Below, piece after piece: positions 1 to 15,607 of a stretch of DNA of 64,000 nt. This DNA is from the human T2T-CHM13v2.0 reference genome, Homo sapiens. The DNA is taken from assembly GCF_009914755.1 (NCBI RefSeq), contig NC_060928.1; one strand, given 5' to 3'. The notes under the pieces were generated by a model. That model worked only from the letters and a program-made list of their open reading frames with translations, had not been told where the DNA came from and searched no databases. The position numbers were made by a program, and so were the translations under genes. Position 1 is the stretch's first letter. Each line of letters begins with the position of its first letter.

Positions 1-441
1 CAACTTGAAATTAAATCATGCCAAGGTATTGATACACTTGTCTTAAGATATTAATGAAACACTTCACCACACTGATACGAAGTGTCCAGATTTTCAGATG
101 TTTGTTGTGTGAGTTTTGTTGAATTTTATGTATTTTTTTTCAGTGAATGTCTGGCACATTGCAATCCTCAAACGTGATTATCTTTAGTTGGCAATTTAGT
201 TGGCATAATCAGTGACTTGTACATTCAGTGATAGCGTTTGAGCAAGTTTTATCAGCAGGCAGTATTTTCAGTTAATAAATAAGATTTCAAAATCATGTAA
301 GGTTTTAAACTTGCTGAATGTAAAGATTGCACCTCAAGTCACTGTACCTTTAGTAATTGCTTAGTATAATAGTTCAGATGCTAGCAATGCATGTGCTGTG
401 AATATTCTGATTTTATTAAAATAAAGTTGAACTACAAAAAA
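1..441 (+). pseudogene. DDX3P3: 3' UTR end and poly(A) remnant of a DDX3X-derived processed pseudogene (continues off the left edge)
   Basis: The sequence resembles my recollection of the terminal DDX3X 3' UTR (gaagtgtccagatt..cagatgtttgttgtgtgag; gtctggcacattgcaatcctcaaac; gatgctagc..tgcatgtgctgtg..tattctgattttattaaaataaa). It has ATTAAA/AATAAA at 415-425 and a short A run at 436-441. The symbol rests on recalling a DDX3 pseudogene next to TACR3; not verified by search. Confidence 0.65.
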
Positions 442-1044
442 TAGATAAGATGCATAAATTGAACAATCTCTAAGACTACATGGAAAGGAAACTCTTGTTC
501 TTGGTATAATATTATGGACCACTGTGAATGTTCTATGGACTTTGTATTCTATATATACTCATATTCTCTGAGGATGATCATAATGGTAGATTGAAATATC
601 ACAATGATCTCAACCCCATTCTTAGCAATGCAATTTCATGTGATCATTTAAAAGTATTAGCAATGCACTTATATAGTGCTTAGATATTTTTAGTTGCTTT
701 CACTCTTATCTATAAGGGGTTGTCCTTAATAATCATAGTTTACAAGATTATCATGTGAGGTAGGTTGCTATCATACAAGGTAGATGAACTACATTGTGTA
801 TTGAACCATGTATTCCATGGATTTTGACAGGCATAAAAGATAAATGGCTGATTTGTGTTTGTGGAAGTTCATTCAATTCCTGAGAAAAATCAGGAGGTGA
901 AATCTAAGAAATATTAAGCCATCGAGAGGAGGCAGCTATCTTTTTGAAATTAAGATGGGATGACAGGTCTTTCAGCCTGAGAACAGCTAGCATGTGTACT
1001 TTAGTTGTCATGCTCAAGGTCAAAAGAAATTTCAAAGTAGTTAA

Positions 1045-1609
<565 letters not shown>

Positions 1610-2479
1610 TGATTTTATTTCACTATGAATTTGGAGCTCTAAGCCTAAAAGAAGGTTTCTCATAATTCATGGAAAAAGGAGGAAACTTTCTCTAAAATAT
1701 TTCTTGTGTGCATATTTACAAAACCTAAACATAGATTTTTTTTGGAAATATTTAAATATGCTATTTTAAAGAGTTTCATTTTTCCGTGTTTATATAAGGC
1801 ATGTTAAAATAGTTGTACACCTAAGATAATACAGCAGCTTTCAGCATTTAAGTATAAGTGATTGAATGTTGATTTATGAACATTACAGACCAGAAGATTA
1901 ATAAAAATTTTTGCATAGTGAAAAATAATTAGGATTTGACCTCATTTTTATGCTTATATCCATATAAGGAATATTTTCACTTATTTTATGTTTAAATATC
2001 CATTATCAGTAAGGGAAGCTAATGATATACATTTTTACATCTACATATATCTTTGTGATGCACAGCCATTTAAATTCAGATATTGAAATACACCACTGCC
2101 AGGAGAGGAAATGCACACAATACTTAACCTCTAGAACTTTGTCATTGCTATAGACCAGTGCCTGCTGTGTCTTTCCATTGTTCCCTTTTCTGAATTTGAG
2201 TTTGTAATTATGTTTATGTTATGTATGTTACCCTTTCTCCACCACTGTATATTAGATGTACAGCAGGACAGATGCCTTGGCATTTTAGATCGTAGATTAT
2301 AGAACTACGAGTAGCCCCATTAAGGTCAGATGGAGAAGACCACACACCAGCTGGATATCTCAACTTTGAATAGGATGAAGTAACTGGAAGCTATTTGGGA
2401 ATGTCAAAAATGGGATGTGACAGGGTATGTTCTGTGTTGGGCACTAATGGTGCTCCTAGATATTTGGTAGCCAGGTAGG

Positions 2480-2890
2480 TAATCTGTAGCATAAGGCTAG
2501 ATTTTCACCGGTTATGCTGCCTCCCCCACAGTGCTAAGTTGTTGCTGGGAAGTAGCTGCCTAGTCAGGGTCTGTATTTCTCTGGATCCCTTGCAATTAGG
2601 TGGTATCATATATCCAGTATTGCCAGTGGAAGGCAGTTAGGAATTAGATGTATCTTTTCTAAGACTTCTCTTTTCTCATGCCTTGATGCAAGAAAACACA
2701 TTGAGAGTTGGATTTTGGCAGTACCAAAACCACAAGAGGGAAAGAGTTCAATTCATTGACTCATATCTTGGAGAAGAACCACATCCTCCAAAAGCAAAAA
2801 TCTTATTTTGGAGCTTAGTGTGAAAAATAAACCACTTAAGGTGTTATACATTTTCAGTATCATATATTTAAATGATTATTACTATAACTA
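2480..2890. mobile_element. Degenerate MaLR LTR (MLT1-like)
   Basis: Motifs such as gttgttgctgggaag..gctgcc and cccttgcaattaggtggt resemble old MLT1 LTRs; boundaries approximate. Confidence 0.35.
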
Positions 2891-3408
2891 TTGAAAAATA
2901 TATGTTTGGCATTTAAAAGTCAATTTCTTAAAAGTAACTTTCATTTTTTGGTGGCTTTGAATTGGCAGTGTAGTTTTTGTCTTTAAATGAATGGTGCATT
3001 TGATTTTAAAATTATTTTTCATTTTTTATTGAGGTACTTAAACTGTCAACTTTAGCGTTTTCCTCACAGATCTGTGTTTTCTGTACTATCACCTTGATCT
3101 TTAAATTGAAATTATTTGTTCTTCATGTTCTTTTTAAAGCTTTTAATGAGCTTGCAGACAACTATCTCTTTGCTGTTCCTACTATTAATATTGCAGATGC
3201 AACCCTGGGATAGTGTAAAGATAGGGTAAAGGCAGAGCACTCACTTGACAAGGGGTAGCATGGGATGGATAGGATGGGATGGATTAGATGCAACACAAAG
3301 CAATGAGGTAAGGTGAGATGGAATAACTGTGTAGTAGTAACTCAAAAGTATCACAAATTTTTGGACCACATTAGCCTGGATGACTATTCTTAAGTAAAGA
3401 AACAATGT

Positions 3409-3680
3409 TGGGAGGCTGAGGCAGGCGAATCACGAGATCAGGAGATCGAGACCATCCTGGCTAACACGGTGAAACCCTGTCTCTACTAAAAATACAAAAA
3501 AATTAGCCAGGCACGGTGGCGGGCACCTGTAGTCCCAGCTATTCAGGAGTCTGAGGCAGAAGAATGGCATGAACCTGGGAGGCGGAGCTTGCAGTGAGTG
3601 GAGATTGCGCCACTGCACTCCAGCCTGGGCGACAGAGAAAACTCCATCTCATTAAAAAAAACAAAAACAAAAACAAAAAA
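3409..3680 (+). mobile_element. AluY, 5'-truncated, with TSD aaacaatgtt
   Basis: AluY diagnostics gagatcgagaccatcctggctaacacggtg and gagcttgcagtgag; TSD at 3400-3409 and 3679-3688. Confidence 0.93.
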
Positions 3681-5527
3681 ACAATGTTATTCTGGCTTGG
3701 CTTTGGATTAAAAGGCTTTGGCTAGGGAATTTACACTCTTTGTTTTCTCTCTTTATTGTGTAGGCAGAGAGAGTTTAATTTTAGCCAAATTCTTTTATTC
3801 TTTAATAATGAGCCATATTAGTCAAGATTTGCATTCTAGCACCCATTCTTTCAATATGTAAACAACTTTTAAGTATGCAAAATTTTCTTTGAGACGCCTG
3901 GGTTCTGCCACTAGGACCCAACATTTTGAGTTAGTTTTTCTTGCCTAAAGCCCACATACTTGCCTAAAGTCCAGCATCCTCACTGAACCACCACTGGGCT
4001 GTTCCACCTTGTTTCTCCTTCCCTATTTCAGGTTCTCAGTTACTTCTTGGGTGCTCAGAATTTGCTGTTACCATGATTGCATATGCTGAAATCAATGAAT
4101 TCAGTCATGCATACTGCCAACTCTCTCCGCTCATTACGCTTGCATATATGAGAATTCATGGTGCTCTGCTAAATAAAGGGTTATGTTTGGGGGTCACTGC
4201 CTTTTAAGAGCACAAAACTGAAGCTTTAAATGTTTTAGTGCTTTCCACAGCTTAGTGTTTAAACACGTGCTCAGAGATGAATTCATTAAAATGCACTCAT
4301 CCTCTCAGGCCACTTAGGATTGCCCACATGCATCCATTCTCAGGCTATTTGAAAACAGGAGGAAGAGGAAACTCAACAATGGATATTTCTAGTACAGAAA
4401 GGATTTATGATTCAGAACGTATAACAATATTCTGGTGACTTTGCATTCATGCACTACTATCCTTTTCTATAATCTTTCCAGTACATTTTAGAATAAACTG
4501 TGGGCTTGCTACAAACTGAGAAGAACAAATCAATGAAAATAAAAGATATAGGTAATCAAAAGAGGTCTTCAATTTTCCTCCTGAAAACTCAGACAAGGTG
4601 GAGGCTCAATTCAGTTAGGGGAAGATTGGGCTGTTCATAATTGCCTATGTGACTTGTCAGTTCCTTTTTAATTCGTACAAAACCTTTGTGAGTGTGACAT
4701 TATATCTAGACGATAGTTATGTTAATTTCCCTAATTGTGATATTATCTGCCTATCAATAGCCACCTATTCTAAACTTTAAAACATGTAGCAATTTTTCAT
4801 GCTTGAAACTCAAAGTGACAATAACGTTGGAAAAAAATAAAGACATTTCCTGTGAATTCAGTTAAAATAGAATGCTCACTTTTTCCACAGAATAATGCTT
4901 TTTAAAATTTTTATTGCTTATGCAGTACATGCTTATTAAGGAAAATATGGTTAACACAGGAAAATAAAAGGAAAATTGTAAACTGTAATTTTACTAAAGA
5001 CGTCTACATAACATTTAGGTACAGTTTCTTTTCTCAAGGCATCTATAAAAGATATTTGCCATTCTTGTTGAATTCTCAGCATGTGTGTTTGAGGAATTTC
5101 CAGCTTATGAAGCAGATCTTGCCTCTCATTTTAGAAGCAGAAAACCCAAGGCTTATTTTCAGTTGGTCCCATAGCTAAGTGCAAGCACATTAACTTCGGC
5201 TATCCCAATTTGATATGCACACTCTGGGCTTTGGATTGAGAATTCTTGAGGCAAAGCAGCAGAGACACAGGAGAATGTATTCCCATTGGGGTGGAGAGGC
5301 AGTAGCATCAATATCCAATTTCCAGAGGGAGAAGAAGCAACAATTTCAGTGTTAGCATCATTTACATGGTTTTGGTGATAAAACATTTTTGAGTGACAGT
5401 GACTATGCCCTGCAGTTCTGGTGGCAGTGTAGCTACTTTAATGGTTCTGAGGTGTGATTTATGTATTGACAGTGACTACCAGGCCCCACACTTGTTCTTC
5501 TAGCTCTCAAAGTTTACAAGTTTCCTA

Positions 5528-5839
<312 letters not shown>

Positions 5840-6214
5840 TTATTTTTACTAAGATTATCTGAGTTAGTTTATACTGCTCACAACTAAAAACACTGAATCA
5901 GTGGATTATTTTTTATTATGTGGTTGGAATCCTATTTATCATGTTTCTTAGTCTGGGGTGAATTCTACCTAGGGACCGGAATTTTCTGAAGGAAATTTTT
6001 ATGTATGGTTTCAGAGTTATGTTCATAATTAAAGGAAATATTAATAAAAAATTCCAGTTCCATTTGCAAAGACAGAAACTGATTCATTATTTTGTAAGTT
6101 ACTTTTTAAGGTTTCTTCAACTATTTTGCTTGCTGATTTGATAATTTTCTTCCTTAGAGTTCCTTTAAAAGACATAGGTCATTGACTTCTGCTTAATAAA
6201 ACTCCTATTTTTTT

Positions 6215-7000
6215 AAAAAAAATAGGTTTATTGATATATAATGTACACGTTTAAATGTTCAATCCAGTAGTTTTTAGTATATTTACAGAGTTGTGCAGCC
6301 AACCCAATAATCTAATTTTAAAACATTCTCATCATTCCAAAAAGAAATTGTGTGCCTCTTCACAGTCATTATCCTTTTACACTCCTTCCTCTCTCCTTTA
6401 GCACTAGGCAACCAGGCAACTGCAAAGCTAATTTCTTTCTCTTTAGATTTACCTACTCTTTTTATTTCATAGAATTGGAATTACACAGTATATCGTCTTT
6501 TGTGGCTGGCTTCTTCCACTTAGCATAATGGTTTTGAGATTAGTCTATGTCATAATACATATCAGTATTTAATTTCTTATTATGGATTGCCAAATAAAAT
6601 TTCATTTTATTGCAATTCCATGTTTTATTTATCCATTCATGAGTTGATAGGTAGTTAGGTTGCTTTCACTTTTTTGCTATTATAAATAATGTTGCTATGA
6701 ATGTCTGTGTATAAGTTGTGTGTGAATTTATGCTTTCATTTCTCTTGGTTAGATACCTAGGAGTAGAACATCTGGGGTCCTATGGTAACTCTGTGTTTAA
6801 CATATTGAGAAACTGATGAAGTGTTTGCCATGGTGGCTGCACCATTTTACACTCAATTCAATTTAATGTATCCACATTCAATGCATTCGGTTTCTCCACA
6901 TTCTTGCCACAGTATGTTATTGCCTGTCTTTTTGATTATAGCTATCCTAGTAGGCATGAAGTGGTATTTCATTGTGGTTTTGATTTCCAATTCCCTAATT
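6215..7000 (-). mobile_element. Old L1M (L1MB/MC-like) 3' region
   Basis: tagtatatttacagagttgtgcagcc, tggcttcttccacttagcataatg, atacctaggagtagaa, gtggtatttcattgtggttttgatt. Confidence 0.75.
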
Positions 7001-7007
7001 GAGCAAA

Positions 7008-7120
7008 TAATTATGGAGGCTGAAAAGTCTCATAATCTGCTATCCACAAGCTGGGGAACCAGATAAGACAGTGGTGTACAGTAGTCCCCTCTTATTTGTG
7101 ATTTCACTTTCCATGGTTTC
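7008..7120. mobile_element. Short MLT2-like and MER44/Tigger-like fragments
   Basis: attatggaggctgaaaagtc..atctgc..caagctgg (MLT2-like), then cagtagtcccctcttat (Tigger7/MER44-type terminus). Confidence 0.4.
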
Positions 7121-7129
7121 TATATGTGT

Positions 7130-8345
7130 ATGTTATAACTAGGTGGTTCATAGTATTGCGTATGTTCTCTATTTTCTTATTAACTATCTCTGTAGATGTT
7201 CTGTCCATCATTGAAAGGGGAGGGTGTTGGAGTCTTCAAGTATTATATTACTGTAGAGCTATTGTTCTCTTTATTTCTGTCAATATATGTTTTATACATT
7301 TTGGAGCTCTGTTGTTAGGTGCTTTTACATTTACAATTATTATATCTTCTTGATGGGTTGAGCCTTTTAGAGTTGTGTAATATCCTTCTTGGTCCCTTGA
7401 AATAGTTTTTCACTTGAGGTCTAATTTGTCTGTTGGTATAGCTAACTCAGTTCTTGTTTAGTTACTGTATTACATGAAATATATTTTATCCTATTTGTAG
7501 CTCTAGATCTAAAGGGAGTTTCTTGTAGAAAGTGTGTAGTTGGATCACTGTTTTTTTTCATTATGCCAGTTTTTGCCTTTTGGTTGGATAGTTTTAATCT
7601 GCTTACATTTAAAGCAGTTACTGAGAAGAAAGGGTTATTTCAATCATTTTGCAATTGTTTTCTGTAAGCGTTAGGCCATTTTTGTTTCTAATTTCCTCTT
7701 TTATTGACTCCTTTTGTATTCAATGTATTTTTTGTAGTTAAACCATTTTGTGTCCCCTTTCATTTCCTTTTTTGTATTATTTTTTAAAGATATTTTATTT
7801 GCAGTTGCATGGAAATACTTTAACATCTTAAGTTTATGACAATCTAGTTTTAATTGATATCAATTTAACTTCAATAGCATAGAAAATTCTCTGCTCCAGG
7901 ACAGTTCTGTCCCCACTTGTATGTTGTTATCATCAATTATATATTTATACATCATGTTCTTAACAACAGATCATAATTATTTTTATGCATTTGTCTTTTA
8001 AATTGTGTTGTAAATTAAAAGTGAAATTATGAATCAAAAATGCAACTACAATACAGTAACACTGGATTTTATATTTGCCCAGGTAGTCACCAGAGAGCTT
8101 TATTTCTTCAATGACACTGAGTTACGGCCTAGTGTGCTTCAATATCAACCTTAAAAACATCCTTTAGCATTTTGTATAGGGCAGGCCTACTGATAAAGGA
8201 CTCTCTTGGTTTTTGTTTATTTGAGAACATCTTAATTTCTTCCTCATTTTTTGAAGGATAGTTATGATGGATTAGAATATTTTTTTCCAGCACCTTAAAT
8301 AATATCATCCCATTGCCTTCTGGCCTTCATAATTTCTGATAAGAA
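7130..8345 (-). mobile_element. Old L1M internal fragment
   Basis: ttttatacattttggagctctgttgttaggtgc, tttagcattt..tagggcaggcctac, ccattgccttctggcc resemble antisense old L1 sequence. Confidence 0.55.
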
Positions 8346-8357
8346 ATCAATTCTTTT

Positions 8358-8650
8358 TTTATTTTATTTTATTTTATTATTATACTTTAAGTTTTAGGGT
8401 ACATGTGCACAATGTGCAGGTTTGTTACATATGTATACATGTGCCATGTTGGTGTACTGCACCCATTAACTCGTCATTTAGCATTAGGTATATCTCCTAA
8501 TGCTATCCCTCCCCCCTCCCCCGACCCCACAACAGTCCCCGGAGTGTGATGTTCCCCTTCCTGTGTCCAAGTGTTCTCATTGTTCAATTCCCACCTATGA
8601 GTGAGAACATGCAGTGTTTGGTTTTTTGTCCTTGCGATAGTTTGCTGAGA
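8358..8650 (-). mobile_element. 5'-truncated L1PA (L1PA4-like) 3' end, about 300 bp, with a complex 5' junction
   Basis: Poly(T), then tatactttaagttttagggtacatgtgcacaatgtgcagg; TSD agaaatcaattctttt at 8342-8357 and 8777-8792. Confidence 0.93.
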
Positions 8651-8824
8651 AGTGTAAGCTCTATTAGGGTCTGGACTCATTAATAGTTATTGAATGAATT
8701 AATGAGTTTTTAAAAATAATAAAATAAGCTGAAAATAAATTTTTTATTTTCATATTCTCATAAAATCATCATTCTCAGAAATCAATTCTTTTAAAATTTA
8801 TTTTCAGATTATTATTTTTAAAAA

Positions 8825-9450
8825 CTCATTCATTCATTCAATAACTATTAATGAGTCCAGACCCTAATAGAGCTTACACTTTAATTGGGGAAATATACAA
8901 TAAATATAATGAATTATTAAATTATGTAGTATTCTGGAAGGTGATAAATGCTATGAAACAATAAACATCAGGATGGAGGATAGGGAAAAATTGTGCATGT
9001 TGCTGAGGGGGAGAAGATATGCAATTTTAAATAAGGTAATCAGGATTGGCCTTATTGGGGAAAGATTTGGTGAAATGAAGAAGTTTGTCATGCCACTATC
9101 TTGGTGGCCAGCATTCTATAGAGAAGGAATAGTCAGTGTGGGTCCTGAGGTTGTAGCATGTTTAGCAAAGTTACAGAACAATAAGGAAGCTAATGTAGAT
9201 GGATCCGTGAATGCTGATGAGCACAGGAAAGAATAGGTGAAAGGAGGAAAGTTAGAAAAGGCTACATCATAAAAGTGCTTCTAGGCCATTGTAAAAATTT
9301 TGGCTTTTCCTTTGAGTTAAATGGGAAGGCAGTAGAGGGTTTTGAGTAGAGGGGCAAGATGGTGTGATGCAGTTTTAAAATAATCATTCTGGTTACTTTA
9401 TTAAGAATCAACTGTATAAAGGAAACAGTGTGGACACTATTGTAATAATG
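8825..9450 (-). mobile_element. L2 fragment
   Basis: (cattcatt)n L2-type tail, gagcttacact, agagggttttgagtagagg, taatcattctggttact. Confidence 0.45.
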
Positions 9451-10082
9451 TTTTTGAACATTTATTTTTTTTGTTTGGCTCTGCCCTACTTATGCTTTAG
9501 CTCATTTAATTCTCATATCAGCACTTTGAAGAAATTGTTATTTTTCCCTTCTTCACTGATGAGTTAAGTGAAGCTCAGAGCAGAGAATCCCTTGCTTGAA
9601 GTCCTCTGGTAAACTGTTGGTGAAGATTGGATGTAACCCAAGTCTGTTGGTTGGACGATCCCGGTTGTCACAACTCAAAAATTCTATGCTTCATTACTCA
9701 GCTACATGCACTTTTGGCCCTCCCTTCCAATTCACCAGCTCTCTAAGCAGAATTTTTTTTATATTTTGAGAATTTTGTCCCCATAAATTTTTTTTCTGAA
9801 TCAATAACAGGAAAATTAGACATTTCTATGAGGAAAAAATCAACAAGGAAGCACAATGTAGTTTTTGAGGAATGGCTGGGTGAGTGTGTTTAGAAAAGAG
9901 AGAACCCTCCATGACATATATTTTACTAGCCAATAGGAAAGTAGTAAGACTTCTTTTACTTTTAATATTAGTTTTAATGTTTTTAAAGAAAAAATAGAAA
10001 TTAAATCTGTCACATTATCACATATGCAAAGGGTGTAAATACATTAAACATATTCAATATAATTACCACAACTTGAAAATAC

Positions 10083-10088
10083 TTTATT
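10083..10088 (-). terminator. Candidate distal polyadenylation signal AATAAA
   Basis: tttatt on +; TGTA motifs just upstream on the minus strand (10092-10095, 10105-10108). Alternative ATTAAA at 9961-9966 and 9973-9978. Confidence 0.4.
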
Positions 10089-11898
10089 CACTACAAACTT
10101 TATATACATTTACTTCTTATATAAACAGATTTTTCATATATATATATATATGTATGAAAACACAAAACTAATGACCTTGTACAGCCCTTCTGAACTTTAT
10201 TCTCTATTCCTGCTTGGCCCTAAGGGAAATTATTCCAACCTTATTGTTCTACATGGTCCATGTCATTCTGGATTTCCTTAGCTTTTGACATATTATCAAT
10301 GATAAGTAGGAAATTGTTACTGTTAGAAGTGTGAGAAATGTTTGTAAGTCTCCTGCTTTTCTATTTGATGAAATAGTTTACCAGGTACTAATCATAAATT
10401 TTTAGAGGAAATTTTGCATTTGCAAAAACTAAATTCAAATGTTGAGCTGGCCAGCATTTATTTTTCACATTTATTTTGTATTTCATAGGCTTGATACCAA
10501 GCTTCTTGGTATTCTTTATGTGCTTTGTAAGGGCGGGGTTCACTCTGAAATTGCTCAGTTCACTGTTTCTAAGACATTGGCAGGATTTGGAAAAGGACAT
10601 GAATTCAGCTGCTGGGTCAGAAATGTCACCATCATGAAGTTAGAAGATGGAATAATGCAACAGTGTGCTGTACTTGGTAAAAAATAAAAAAGTGTGAGAG
10701 TGAATTCTGTAACAATTATGTCCGCTTTAATATTTTCCCATACAGGTAATTTCAATATCTTGTACTTTGTCCAGATGCAAAATAGTAAGCAATGTTTATT
10801 TTTGATTTAATGTATTTTGTTTAAAAGAGAATACTTACAATGATGTAAGCCTTTTTGATTCTTTCATATTTGTTTAAAAATATTTTGAATTTTTCTGATA
10901 CTGATCTAAGTAAAAAAACCTGGGCTGTTTTAACCATCTGCCTAGTAGTCTGAGCCAGTGTTTGCCTTCAAACAATGGAAAGATTCATACTGAACTTTAG
11001 AAACAGAGGGTAGAGTAAATTTTGAAGGCAGATTCTTTCCAAGCTTAGCAAATATGAAAACACTGGGATGACTTTATTTAAAAATGAATCTCACTGAATT
11101 TGATTTTGTGCATTATTCTGTAATTCTTATTGTCAAAATGCAGACAAAAGAGTGAAAAATCTTCTCTTTTATATTTCACTCTTGTTTTATTATTGTCGTT
11201 TAAATTTTTGAACTTAAAAAATTCTGCCTATAGGTCTCAGTTTAAGGGCCATGAGTAGTGAGTGAATGATGCCAGTTTTTTTCTGGAAAGCATTGAAAAA
11301 ATACTGTCTGGGTATTTCTGTCACACTAGAAGGGAGGTGCTCGGTAAGCAACACAACAATATGTATGTTCACAGAAGCCAAAGCAAACCAACAATCCAAC
11401 TGACGAGGCCAGTATTTTTCCTTAGAAATAAATGTCTTAGAAAATTCTACTGAATTTCTCTAATATGTGAGGGCCAGGAGTTATATTTTTCAAATGTATG
11501 ATACTTTGGTAGTGGCTGATGACATTAAATTTGAGGGCTAAACTTCATATTCATATTTTACAGCTGAATATGGTTCCATATGTCTAAAACATTAATTAAT
11601 GCTAGTACCATATCATTCATAAATTTAAGAAAATAATAACTTTTTACATATTAGGCTTTTTCTTGACACTTTAACATTGTATGATAAATATATGTTTTAA
11701 GAATGAACATTCAAAAACATTATATTCAAACAATTAGATACTATATATTAAATTTGCTTATTTAAAACATGCACACAAGCTTCACAGACTTTATTGAGCA
11801 TATGGCAATGCTGTAATGACCACTTATCATTTCAGTATTTGATTTTAATTCTTTGAAGTTGTTGCATTCATTAAATGATTGAATGTGTAGGCACATTT

Positions 11899-11924
11899 GT
11901 ATGTGTGTGTGTGTGTGTGTGTGT
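11899..11924. repeat. (GT)n microsatellite
   Basis: gtatgtgtgtgtgtgtgtgtgtgtgt. Confidence 0.9.
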
Positions 11925-13405
11925 CTCTTTGTTTATTGGTATCATCAGAAGAAATTCAGCTGGAACACATATGTTTAGCTTGTTTAGACTCCGAACTTTT
12001 TGTAACAATTGGATATTTCTGGTTTTGGCTTCAAAATAGGGAAGAGATTTGAGAAATAGACCATGATTTGCCATTGAATATTTGCTTTTATTCTGTTCTT
12101 CAAAAATATTTTGTTTTAATATCGGTGGAGGCACAACAGTAAAGTGTTTGTTAGAGAGTATTATTTTAGACAAATATCTTTAAAAATCAAACTGAAGAGT
12201 TTAAAGGAGAAGTTTGTACTACACATTCACATTCTCAAAAAGTTTCTGCTTTCTTGAGCAGGATTAACAGTATCCCTAATTCAAGGAAAGATGATCTGTA
12301 AGCACTGAGGCCTGGATGTTACTTTTTACACTTAAAAGTATTTCTTGTTATGTTATGAGTCTCAGAAATGTGCTAGTATATATCTTCTTGTAGTAAATGT
12401 GATGCTTTCTTAGGACTATTATCTCATTTCTTTCTGGTAAGACTTCTGAATAATCTAAGCAAATGAAAGAAAAGGTCTTTCTGTGGAAGGATGTGTGTTA
12501 AACTCACCCTCTTGCTCAGCTGTTATTAGTTTACATGTATCCAAACTATTGTGCAGATTCGTTTTCTAAGAGGTAATTCACTTGTCTACACCTTGCCTAG
12601 TTTACTCATATGTAACATATATTGGTATTTTTCAACCATATAGTCTTTTGTCACACTTGTGACTTTTTTTCCCTAAGGAGTTGCCTTTGAAGATATTTTC
12701 TCCTAGTCCTTATTCTATTTTCAGTGAGGGGAGAGGAAGAGAACATAAATAGTATTCTTCCTCTATTTATTGGAATGTACCTTTACTGTTTTATAATCTA
12801 GCTATTTAAAAAATCTGTGAAAAATAAAAAATGATAGGAATTTTCTTCATATTTTTAGGGTCTTAACTGACTACTTTTTAGCTTGGTATTCAAAAATAAG
12901 TAATGGTCAAAAAGTATATAATTTTTTAAAATTTCACTTTCTCAGAAAAAAAATCAAGAGAATGAAATATACATTTGCCTAATGATTTAACTAGATTTCC
13001 TTTTCAGTTAAATGCCATGGAAGAAATCTTTAAATCTTTAAATCTTTACATTCTACAAAATGAGTTTTCTTGAGCAAAGATTTTCAGTTCCTACTTCTTG
13101 AGGTTAATTTTCCATTACTCTAGTGGGAAAATGAATCATTTAACTTTTTTTCCCATTTTATATCTCTAGGCAAAAAAGCCTATTTTATACAGATTTTACA
13201 CAGATTTTGTTTCCCTTCACTTACAATATTATGTTTTAAAGATTCTTTAATCTCTTGGAAAAACTATATATCATTTTAATGTCACAAATGTATATTGCAA
13301 TTTGTAAATGAGATAGACTGGCGAGTTTACAAGTATTTTCCTGACATATTTTTGTTCATTGCATATAATAATTTAGAGTTTTCAAAGAATAAATTTAAAG
13401 CCCAT

Positions 13406-13411
13406 TTTATT
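13406..13411 (-). terminator. Candidate proximal polyadenylation signal AATAAA of TACR3
   Basis: First canonical AATAAA, about 195 nt after the stop codon, followed by U-rich sequence on the minus strand. Confidence 0.55.
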
Positions 13412-13604
13412 TTGGGTGGAGGCTAACATGTTATTAGTGTCTTTGTCACATTTATACACTACCTTTCTCAATTTGACCATAGCTGCCTAAAAATTGCTTT
13501 CTGTTTCTAGAGGGTATATAGGACAGGACTGGTAAATAGGAGAATGGGGTCCTAGACTGGCACCATGATGGTCTCACACTAATCTTTTACCTCAGGAAAT
13601 GGAA

Positions 13605-15607
<2,003 letters not shown>

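Larger units (their letters stand above)
9955..13604 (-). other. TACR3: TACR3 3' UTR (maximal candidate extent)
   Basis: Follows the stop codon; about 3.6 kb that is AT-rich and free of Alu/L1, with several minus-strand AATAAA/ATTAAA. The distal boundary is inferred. Confidence 0.55.
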
